This document shows, in pieces, positions 1 through 7,231 of a DNA stretch of 32,073 bases. Under the pieces are notes generated by a model. It was not told the DNA's origin and made no database searches. It saw only the letters and a program-made list of their open reading frames with translations. The translations under genes were made by a program, and so were the position numbers. The DNA comes from an uncultured bacterium (GTDB lineage: Bacteria; CAZSTA01): positions 1-32,073 of the forward strand of contig CAZSTA010000017.1 of the NCBI GenBank assembly GCA_964609495.1, in the 5' to 3' direction. The stretch's first letter is position 1, and the number at the start of each line of letters is the position of its first letter.

Positions 1-1
1 T

Positions 2-148
2 CAGACTATGATCGGATTGGGAATCGAGCTAGGAGAAGTTAAGGTGTTGAGGGATCTGCAGAATGGGATAGAACATGCTTTAGGTATTATGAATAGAAGG
101 ATAGTATCATCAAAGAGTAGGAGGGGAGGTATTAATAGAGAGAGATGA
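2..148 (+). CDS. 3' end of a STAS-domain protein (RsbR/RsbS-like), truncated by the window start
   Basis: My translation, not in the ORF track: QTMIGLGIELGEVKVLRDLQNGIEHALGIMNRR...*, stop TGA 146-148. Resembles the RsbR C-terminal pattern AQTxxxLGIDLxxxxxxxxLQxGIExAL. Confidence 0.65.
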   Translation, partial: QTMIGLGIELGEVKVLRDLQNGIEHALGIMNRRIVSSKSRRGGINRER

Positions 149-196
149 GCTTGAGCGAGGATTGGTCGTTGAATCTATTTAAAAGGAGGAAATCCT

Positions 197-760
197 ATGG
201 ATGATGAGAAGTTGGAGGAACTGAGATGGCGAGTAGGGGCGGGAACAAGCCCCTTAGAGAAGTTAGCTCGCCGAATACCAGGGTATGCGGGATATAAAGA
301 TCGAGAAAATAGGAGAGATGCTGATAAGATATTGCGGGAGTTCCTAGCGAGCGAGTTGGAGAAGGGGAAGAAAAGGCTGGAGAAGATAAAGTATAGGAGA
401 TCGAAGAGTTTGATGCTCGATGATCTAGATGAATTGGATAGGATGAGTGGGAAGACAGAGCGGGTAATAGATCGGATCAAGGTTATCGGATATGGATATA
501 CAGGGTTCTTCGATGCTATCAGGATAAGAGGGCAAGAGTTGGATATGATGTATGCCTATGATTCCTCCCTAACCGATGAGATCGATGAGATAAATAACAG
601 GGTAAAGGTATTAGAGGATACTAAGGATAAAGAACCTATGCCCCAGGAGGCACTTTCGGCTTTGGAGGAGTCAATAGATACGTTGGAGGAAAGGTTGGAC
701 GATAGAAAAAGCGTTATTTTGGGGGTGAAATGGGATGAGTCTATTTTTGGAGATAATTGA
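197..760 (+). CDS. Conserved hypothetical helical protein associated with the SPFH gene
   Basis: 187 aa ORF with AAGGAGG RBS; motif [25 protein letters not shown]; overlaps the next gene. Confidence 0.75.
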   Translation: MDDEKLEELRWRVGAGTSPLEKLARRIPGYAGYKDRENRRDADKILREFLASELEKGKKRLEKIKYRRSKSLMLDDLDELDRMSGKTERVIDRIKVIGYGYTGFFDAIRIRGQELDMMYAYDSSLTDEIDEINNRVKVLEDTKDKEPMPQEALSALEESIDTLEERLDDRKSVILGVKWDESIFGDN

Positions 761-1865
761 GTGGCCCGATGAGAGAGGTGACGAGATGGTGCATCGAATC
801 CCTTCTCGGGGTTCAGCGGATATAAAGATGGGGGCGCAGTTGATCGTCAGGGAGAATCAGTCAGCGGTATTCTTTCGGGATGGGAAGGCTCTTGATACCT
901 TCGGCGCGGGAAGACATACTCTGACCACCCAAAATATTCCGTTGATCACGAATCTTCTTTCTTTACCATTCGGATTTAAGAGTCCATTTCGAGCCTCGGT
1001 TTACTTCGTGAATCACAAGGTCTTCCTCGATCTGAAATGGGGAACGAGAGACCCGATCGCGTTTCGCGATACGGAGTTGGGTTTGGTGAGATTGCGCTCC
1101 TTTGGGATCTTCTCGATCCGAGTCTCCGATGCTCAGCTCTTCATCAATAAGGTCGTAGGAGCTCGAGGGATCTTCTCCCTAGATGAGATCGAGGGATACC
1201 TGAGAGGGTTGATCGTCGCTCGATTGAACGATGTCTTTGGTGAAACACTATCCTCGATCTTCGACCTTCCACGTTATTATGATGAGTTAGGCGTGGCGGT
1301 CAAGGCTAGGGTAAGGGATGATTTCGCTAAGTATGGAGTAGAGCTGGTCGATCTGCTAGTCAATTCCATCACTCCTCCGGAGGAGGTAGAGCGGATGATC
1401 GATGAGCGGAGTGGAATGGGCGCGATCGGAGATATGAATCGATATCTACAATATAAGACTGCGAAAGCTATGGAGGAGGCTGCCAAGCAAGGGGGAACAG
1501 GAGGATCAGCCGCGGCGGGGATGGGCCTTGGTCTTGGCGCAGGATTGGGGTCGAAATTAGCCTCGACGTTACAATCCCAACAGAGCGGAGAAGCGGAGCA
1601 GCAGGGAGGGCGAACGGCCGCTCAGATTACCTGTCCTAACTGCTCCTCTCAGATACCCTCCAATGCTAAGTTCTGTCCAGAGTGTGGCTTCAATTTAAGA
1701 GCCACGGTGAAGTGCCCTCAGTGTGGAAAGGATCTACCTCCGAACGCGAAGTTTTGTCCGGAGTGCGGCTTTAGGTTGGGAAGTTCGCTTAAATGTTCTC
1801 AATGTGGTGCGGAGATCCCAGCAGGAGCTAAATTCTGTTCCGAGTGTGGGGCGAAGGTGAGTTGA
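735..1865 (+). CDS. SPFH/band-7-like protein with C-terminal zinc ribbons (YdjI-like)
   Basis: [31 protein letters not shown] and KWGT motifs, a Gly-rich linker, then three CxxC...AKFCxECG double zinc-ribbon units. Confidence 0.9.
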   Translation: MSLFLEIIEWPDERGDEMVHRIPSRGSADIKMGAQLIVRENQSAVFFRDGKALDTFGAGRHTLTTQNIPLITNLLSLPFGFKSPFRASVYFVNHKVFLDLKWGTRDPIAFRDTELGLVRLRSFGIFSIRVSDAQLFINKVVGARGIFSLDEIEGYLRGLIVARLNDVFGETLSSIFDLPRYYDELGVAVKARVRDDFAKYGVELVDLLVNSITPPEEVERMIDERSGMGAIGDMNRYLQYKTAKAMEEAAKQGGTGGSAAAGMGLGLGAGLGSKLASTLQSQQSGEAEQQGGRTAAQITCPNCSSQIPSNAKFCPECGFNLRATVKCPQCGKDLPPNAKFCPECGFRLGSSLKCSQCGAEIPAGAKFCSECGAKVS

Positions 1866-1866
1866 G

Positions 1867-2670
1867 ATGCCCGCGATAAAGTGTCCTCAGTGTGGCGGCG
1901 AGGTTGATTTGAAGGAGAGGGTATATTTCCTCGCCTGCCCTTACTGTCATTCGGCGCTCTATCTCGATAGAGCGCGAAGCGTTCTTCATTATATTCTGGA
2001 GGCAACGATCGATCCTATAGTGGCGGAGCATAACCTGAGGAGGTGGATGGGGGGAGCAGAGATGAGGAGGGGATTGGAGGAACTAGCAGTGATAGAATCC
2101 GTTGAGTTCTTCTACTTCCCGATGTGGTACTTTCATATCAAGCGAACCCAGCAAGCGATCGCGACCTACGTTGAGCCAGCGGCACCAACTTCCCTCTCGA
2201 CGATAAAGGAGTTTAAACCTCCGGGGGGATCGCTTCGCTTCTATGAACCTACTCTGGCACCTCCAGAGAAGATGATAGAACCTTCTATTCCCTATAAAAC
2301 CGCATTGGGATGGTTACAACAGCGGATTCGCTATCTATCATCACCTGCCGCCGGCGCTAAGAGAGGAAAAGGTAAGGAAGAGGTATCATTAACCGAGGTA
2401 TCGTTAGTTCATATTCCTTGGTATATCTTTCGTTACTCCTTTAAAGATGAGACTTACCTTGCCGCAGTCGAGGGGACCACTGGCAAGGTCTTTGCCAACG
2501 TTTTTCCCTCTAAGTCAGAAATACCCTTCGATCTAGTGACGATAGTGGCTATTGTGATCCTCTTCTGCGAGGGGATGTTGATCGATGGTTTTCTGCCGAG
2601 GTTGGTGGTTATGACTTCTACTGCTCTTCCCCTATCGCTCATAGCTTATTTTGTAGCTAGGGAGTTTTGA
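1867..2670 (+). CDS. Zinc-ribbon membrane protein (YdjG-like)
   Basis: N-terminal CPQCGG...CPYCHS; YFPMW and HIPWY motifs; VEGTTGKV; two C-terminal hydrophobic helices; starts 1 nt after the SPFH gene. Confidence 0.7.
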   Translation: MPAIKCPQCGGEVDLKERVYFLACPYCHSALYLDRARSVLHYILEATIDPIVAEHNLRRWMGGAEMRRGLEELAVIESVEFFYFPMWYFHIKRTQQAIATYVEPAAPTSLSTIKEFKPPGGSLRFYEPTLAPPEKMIEPSIPYKTALGWLQQRIRYLSSPAAGAKRGKGKEEVSLTEVSLVHIPWYIFRYSFKDETYLAAVEGTTGKVFANVFPSKSEIPFDLVTIVAIVILFCEGMLIDGFLPRLVVMTSTALPLSLIAYFVAREF

Positions 2671-2826
2671 TTGTTTTATCCTTGATCTCGATTTCAGCCG
2701 AAATGGGATTACTTCTGGGCGAACGTAAGGGACATAAAGTGAAAATAAGGTTTTTCGGCGGAGGCGAATAAATAACCGACTGATCCCTATCGGCAAGCTC
2801 TCTTTTACGAAGTAAAGACTTTTTGA

Positions 2827-2850
2827 TCCCCGATTCTATATGCTTCCAGT
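2827..2850. repeat. Solo copy of the right terminal inverted repeat of the 31342-31513 MITE
   Basis: TCCCCGATTCTATATGCTTCCAGT is identical (24/24) to 31492-31515. Confidence 0.75.
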
Positions 2851-2863
2851 TCATCTTAATAAC

Positions 2864-2892
2864 TTGAAAAATTCGTTAATTTACGTTATAAT
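2864..2892 (+). promoter_or_regulatory. Sigma70/SigA-type promoter upstream of the omegaRNA element and lptC
   Basis: TTGAAA (2864-2869), 17 bp spacer, TATAAT (2887-2892). Confidence 0.7.
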
Positions 2893-2910
2893 TTGGGTAG
2901 AGTTTATATA

Positions 2911-2939
2911 GCGACCCTGAACTCGGGGTCGTTTATTTT
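2911..2939 (+). terminator. Intrinsic terminator-like hairpin just downstream of the promoter
   Basis: GCGACCCTGA / TCGGGGTCGT stem followed by a T-rich tract (TTATTTT). Confidence 0.55.
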
Positions 2940-3200
2940 ACATTAATGTCAATGACCCACGACTGAAGTTCGTGGGCTTGTGGTGGAAACTACAAGCCTG
3001 ATTGACCAGCCTAAGTCCAGCAAGGACTACGTTAGTTAGATCAAGACACCCTAGAATGCTCCTCCAGTTCTAGGCCCTGTCGCTATTAGTTAAAAGTTCT
3101 GAGGTCAGGAACGGTGCTATTAGCCTAAAAAGTTTAGCTAACCTTGGCGAGGAGGGTTAACCGAGAGGTTACGTTACTAGCCCCTTACGGGGATCTGGGA
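2932..3200 (+). ncRNA. IscB omegaRNA / HEARO-like RNA (scaffold from 2948; putative guide is the 5' flank)
   Basis: Ordered HEARO-type motifs: GTCAAT...ATTGACCAGCCTAAG...ACTACGTT...GACACC...GAATGCTCCTCCAGTTC...CTGTCG...TAAAAG...ACGGTG...TAACCTTGGCGAGGAG. CTCCTC/GAGGAG are complementary (pseudoknot candidate). Boundaries approximate. Confidence 0.8.
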
Positions 3201-3281
3201 GAAAATGTGAGGATATTGATAGATTTAATATCCTCACATTCCTCCCACGACTAAAGATCGTGGGCTTCCTGTGAAGAGATC
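2948..3281 (+). mobile_element. Non-autonomous IS200/IS605 (IscB-family) derivative lacking iscB and tnpA
   Basis: Matching subterminal hairpins CCCACGA-CTGAAGT-TCGTGGG (2956-2976) and CCCACGA-CTAAAGA-TCGTGGG (3244-3264). Begins GTCAA and ends ATTCCTCCC...GGGCTTCCTG. No ORF between the ends. Confidence 0.8.
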
Positions 3282-3294
3282 GTGATTTAAACAA

Positions 3295-3873
3295 ATGATT
3301 AAGGGTATATTAATAGCAGTAAGTATAATCGCTTTAATCGGCGGTTTGATCTATCTCTTGAACTTGCCAGAAAAAGAGGCAAATATAGCTGGTGATAACA
3401 GCTCCGAAAAGGAGATACTCGGTGATTCTGTGGCGGAGAATAAACCCAATATGGTTTCGGAGAATGTGGTAATATTTGATGAGACTAGCGAAGGAAAGTG
3501 GAGATTAGAGGCGAAAACTATGTCGGAATTTGAAGGGGAGAAGACGAGAATATTCAAAGGGGTAAAGATACTCTACAACGAGAGAAATGGAACTGACATA
3601 ACTTTTCAGGCTGATGAAGCTAGATTGATAGCTCTCAAAGATGAGAGATGGAACGTTCAGTTTCAGGGCAATAGCCAAGTTAGATCTAGTGATGGAATCG
3701 AGATTTCGGCTGATAAGCTATATTGGTCAACTCAAGATAAGATGATAAGAGGCGAGGGGAATGCCAGGCTAATTAGAGGAAAAACGGTGATCAGCGGAGA
3801 TAGTCTAGAGGCTAAGGAAGATCTGAGTTATGCTAAATTCAAGGGTAATAGCAAGGGAGAATTAGAATTTTAG
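3295..3873 (+). CDS. lptC: LPS export ABC transporter periplasmic protein LptC
   Basis: Single N-terminal TM helix, beta-jellyroll-like sequence (KWRLEAK, ISADKLYW), and position before lptA-lptB. Confidence 0.75.
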   Translation: MIKGILIAVSIIALIGGLIYLLNLPEKEANIAGDNSSEKEILGDSVAENKPNMVSENVVIFDETSEGKWRLEAKTMSEFEGEKTRIFKGVKILYNERNGTDITFQADEARLIALKDERWNVQFQGNSQVRSSDGIEISADKLYWSTQDKMIRGEGNARLIRGKTVISGDSLEAKEDLSYAKFKGNSKGELEF

Positions 3874-3894
3874 TATCGTTAGGAGGCGAAGAAT

Positions 3895-4566
3895 TTGATG
3901 CATCGTTGCTCAAGATGGATTGCAGTTTTAGTAGGAGTTCTATTGTTATATTCCAATATCGCTATAGCACAGGATAATGAGAAGACTGAAGCTAATAGGG
4001 TGGGATTTAAGGCTGATGAGATCGATCTTGATCTAGCGGGTGGAGGAGTCATATTAACTGGTAATGTGGAGATCACTATGAAGGATTTAACGCTCACCTC
4101 TCAGAGTGCCCAGATCAATCAAGAGAAAGGTTATGCGAAAGCTACCGGTAATGCCAGGGTTGTGACGCAAGGATCGACCCTAACTAGTGATACGGTGGAG
4201 ATCGATACGAAAGCCAATACTACGATCGCTTCTGGTAATGCTCGTTTAGAGAGAGGGGGGACGATAATAACTGCGGATAAAGTGGAGATAGAGGAAGGCG
4301 GATTCTCCGCCTCCGGGAATGTGAATTTTCAACATCCCAAAGCTCAAGCGACTTGTCAATCTGCTACCCTCTCAGAGGTAGAAGGCGGAGAAAATAAGAT
4401 AGAGCTTCAAGGGAATGTAAATGTCAGTATGGATACCAGCAACTTCAAAGGTGAGATCATCGAGATGTATATAAAGGGAGAGGAGATATCTAAGGTCAGG
4501 ATTCTAAAGGGGAGTGGCAGTATTATATGGGGAGGCGAAGAGGAAGAGACCGAGGCGAAACCCTAA
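3895..4566 (+). CDS. lptA: LptA/OstA-family periplasmic protein
   Basis: Signal peptide plus repeated LTGNVEI / ATGNARV / ASGNARL / ITADKV OstA beta-jellyroll motifs. True start may be ATG 3898. Confidence 0.8.
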   Translation: MMHRCSRWIAVLVGVLLLYSNIAIAQDNEKTEANRVGFKADEIDLDLAGGGVILTGNVEITMKDLTLTSQSAQINQEKGYAKATGNARVVTQGSTLTSDTVEIDTKANTTIASGNARLERGGTIITADKVEIEEGGFSASGNVNFQHPKAQATCQSATLSEVEGGENKIELQGNVNVSMDTSNFKGEIIEMYIKGEEISKVRILKGSGSIIWGGEEEETEAKP

Positions 4567-4608
4567 AGGGGAAGGGATCCTTCCTATATTAATTTTAAGA
4601 GGTAATAG

Positions 4609-5397
4609 ATGGAAACTCTAGCCGCAGAAAAACTCGTTAAGATATATAAGAAGAGAAAGGTTGTAAATGAGGTAAGCTTTGAGATCAAACAGGGTGAAAT
4701 CGCAGGACTTCTGGGGCCTAATGGAGCAGGAAAGACTACCACCTTCTATATGGTAGTTGGTTTAGTGAGACCTAATTCGGGAAGGGTTATCTTCTCCGGG
4801 GAGGATATAACCAACGAGCCTATGCATATCAGGGCCAGGAGAGGTATAGGCTATCTTGCTCAAGAGCCTTCGATCTTTCGTAAATTGACGGTGGAGGAAA
4901 ATATACTAGCTATATTAGAGGCGATAGACTATCCTAAGAATCTGCGTAGAGATAAGGTGGATGAACTATTGGAGGAGTTGAATATCGCGCACCTAGCGAA
5001 GAATATGGGATATACCCTATCGGGAGGAGAGAGGAGAAGGGTTGAGATAAGTCGAGCTCTATCCACCTCCCCCTATTTCTTGTTATTAGATGAGCCCTTT
5101 ACAGGAGTCGATCCCTTAGCTGTCTCCGATATTCAGAAGATAGTCTATCAATTGAAGGATAAAGGGCTAGGAGTGCTGATAACCGATCATAGCGTGCGAG
5201 AAACTTTAGCTATAACCGATAGAACTTATCTGATACACAACGGTCGAGTTCTGATGTCAGGCACCTCCCAAGAGATAGCTGATAGCGAAATAGCAAAGAA
5301 GTTCTATTTAGGGGAGAACTTCCGCTGGGAAAAGGAATTTTACGATCAGTTGGAGAAGAGAAGGGAAGAACTTGAGAGAGAGGAGGACAAATTATAA
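4609..5397 (+). CDS. lptB: LPS export ABC transporter ATP-binding protein LptB
   Basis: GLLGPNGAGKTTTFYMVVGL, GYLAQEPSIFRKLTVEEN, LSGGERRRVEI, LLDEPFTGVDP, ITDH. Confidence 0.97.
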   Translation: METLAAEKLVKIYKKRKVVNEVSFEIKQGEIAGLLGPNGAGKTTTFYMVVGLVRPNSGRVIFSGEDITNEPMHIRARRGIGYLAQEPSIFRKLTVEENILAILEAIDYPKNLRRDKVDELLEELNIAHLAKNMGYTLSGGERRRVEISRALSTSPYFLLLDEPFTGVDPLAVSDIQKIVYQLKDKGLGVLITDHSVRETLAITDRTYLIHNGRVLMSGTSQEIADSEIAKKFYLGENFRWEKEFYDQLEKRREELEREEDKL

Positions 5398-5425
5398 AGT
5401 GGTTTATGCCTGAGGGGGGATAATT

Positions 5426-6400
5426 GTGAGAGAAGGTTTAACTCTTGTGGTGATATTAGCGGTGTTAGGTGGAGTGATCGCCTTCGTAGGAGATCGCTTG
5501 GGGAGGCTTGTCGGACGAAGGCGGTTGAGCATCATTCGCCTACGACCTCGATATACAGCTACTATGTTCACCGTGTTCACTGGAGCCCTCATCACTATTA
5601 TTACCATAGCTTTCTTGATCACCATATCCCCCTATGTCAGGATAGCTATCTTCGATATCCCCAAGATGCAAGAGGAGATAAAGAGGCTCAGGAACGATAT
5701 GGTTATATTTGAGCAGGAGAGAGTGAAGTTATTAGATGAGATAGCCGCTATGGGGAAGGAGCGTCAGCGTTTACAGGAGGAGTTAAACGAGCTTAGATCA
5801 GAGAAACTGGCTTTTACCGTGGGAGAGGAGATATCCTCGGAGACCTTATTTGGTGAAAAATCCGAGAGGGAAATAGAGGAGGAATTGCGTCTATTACAGA
5901 GAAAAGCTAGTGAGATCGCGATGGAACGAGGAGCAAAACCCTCCTTAGAGAATGTTTACGCAGTTAAGATATCGGATTTGGAGTTGGCTACCGCGGCTGG
6001 CGAGATAAAGAAATCCGACGAGCCGATCACCGTTAAGGTTGTCTCAGAAAGGAATACTTTAGCCGATGAGCCAGTTCTAGCTTATCTAGAACTGGTTCCT
6101 AGTAAGCTAGTTTTTGAGGATAATGAAGAGGTAGTAGTAGGATATGTGAATGGAGAAAGTTCCCCGGAGGAAATAGATAGGATTTTAAAGGATTTGGAGG
6201 AAAGAGCTCAGCTTTTAGCAGAGAGGAGAGGAATGAGACCTAGCTCTATAAACGGGGGTGGCTTAGGTACTGAAGAGGAGATAGAAGATATAAAGAGGAG
6301 AATAGCAAAGATAGGTAAAAGAGTAGAGGTGGCAGTTGTAGCTCCTCAAGACATATATCTAAGCGATCCCTTAATTCTTGAATTTGAGATAAGGCAATGA
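5426..6400 (+). CDS. DUF3084-family membrane/coiled-coil protein
   Basis: N-terminal LGGVIAFVGDRLGRLVGRRRLSIIRLRPRYTA signature, two TM helices and a coiled coil; known lptB neighbour in cyanobacteria and diderm Firmicutes. Confidence 0.85.
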   Translation: MREGLTLVVILAVLGGVIAFVGDRLGRLVGRRRLSIIRLRPRYTATMFTVFTGALITIITIAFLITISPYVRIAIFDIPKMQEEIKRLRNDMVIFEQERVKLLDEIAAMGKERQRLQEELNELRSEKLAFTVGEEISSETLFGEKSEREIEEELRLLQRKASEIAMERGAKPSLENVYAVKISDLELATAAGEIKKSDEPITVKVVSERNTLADEPVLAYLELVPSKLVFEDNEEVVVGYVNGESSPEEIDRILKDLEERAQLLAERRGMRPSSINGGGLGTEEEIEDIKRRIAKIGKRVEVAVVAPQDIYLSDPLILEFEIRQ

Positions 6401-6810
6401 TCATTATTTCTATTGATCCCGGAAGGGATAAGTGTGGAATAGCAATACTGGATGAAAAAGCTAATGTTATAAAGAAGTCTGTTATATCCACTTGCTACTT
6501 TGATAACGAAATAAGGGGATTTACAAAGGGATATAATCCTGATGTTATTATCATAGGTGATGGAACTGGGAGAAAGTTAATAAAGGAGAAAATCTCGAGT
6601 ATATCGGGCGATATCCCCATAAAATTTGTTAGGGAAGATCGCTCTACCTTAGAGGCTAGGAGGAGATATTTTCAAGATAACCCACCTCGAGGATTAAGAA
6701 GATTGCTGCCCATCTCTCTCCTCATCCCACCAGAGACCTATGATGATTATGTAGCGGTTATATTGGGGGAGAGATATCTAGCAAGCGATGATCTACCCTC
6801 AATCCCTTGA
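6397..6810 (+). CDS. YqgF/RuvX-like RNase H-fold protein
   Basis: ISIDPGRDKCGIA, IIIGDGT, EDRSTLEARRRY, DDYVAVIL motifs. Confidence 0.85.
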   Translation: MIIISIDPGRDKCGIAILDEKANVIKKSVISTCYFDNEIRGFTKGYNPDVIIIGDGTGRKLIKEKISSISGDIPIKFVREDRSTLEARRRYFQDNPPRGLRRLLPISLLIPPETYDDYVAVILGERYLASDDLPSIP

Positions 6811-6864
6811 AGTAGCTCAAGCCAATTTAGTGTGAAAAATTTTAATTATAAATTAAAATTTCTC

Positions 6865-6893
6865 TTGACATAACGTAAATAGTCTGATATAAT
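6865..6893 (+). promoter_or_regulatory. Consensus sigma70/SigA promoter for the OmpM-like gene
   Basis: TTGACA, 17 bp spacer, TGnTATAAT. Preceded by the perfect inverted repeat AAATTTTAATT-ATA-AATTAAAATTT (6837-6861). Confidence 0.85.
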
Positions 6894-7231
6894 ATTATTA
6901 GCTCTGATAAAAATTATCTTAAAACCTTTTGTAAGAGCGTTCTCTGATAGTTGAATACCTTAAATAGCGATTGAGATATTACTTGCTCAGCTAATTAAGA
7001 AAGGAAAGGAGGTGAAAAACCCTATTTGTCGATCACAAGGTTGGGTTCACCTTCGTGATTTATCTTCTGTTCAACGCTGAGCGGTAGTATTTAATTTGGG
7101 AAGTGAAGGAGGACTATGAGGACAAGTGGGGCGAAATGAGGAAACAAGGATACTCGATTTGCCCTTTTGTCTGGAGTGGAATTCCGAAGCTTTCCGCATC
7201 AAAATCTAAAAAGACAAAAGGGGGTAAATAA

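Noticed and set aside
2657-2854. 65 aa minus-strand ORF as a transposase or IscB remnant
   Set aside because: No PLMP, RuvC, HNH or HUH motifs; it starts within the repeat end and is probably spurious.
2948-3200. tRNA, tmRNA, riboswitch or group I intron interpretation
   Set aside because: No cloverleaf or riboswitch core seen; motif order and paired end hairpins fit HEARO/omegaRNA better.
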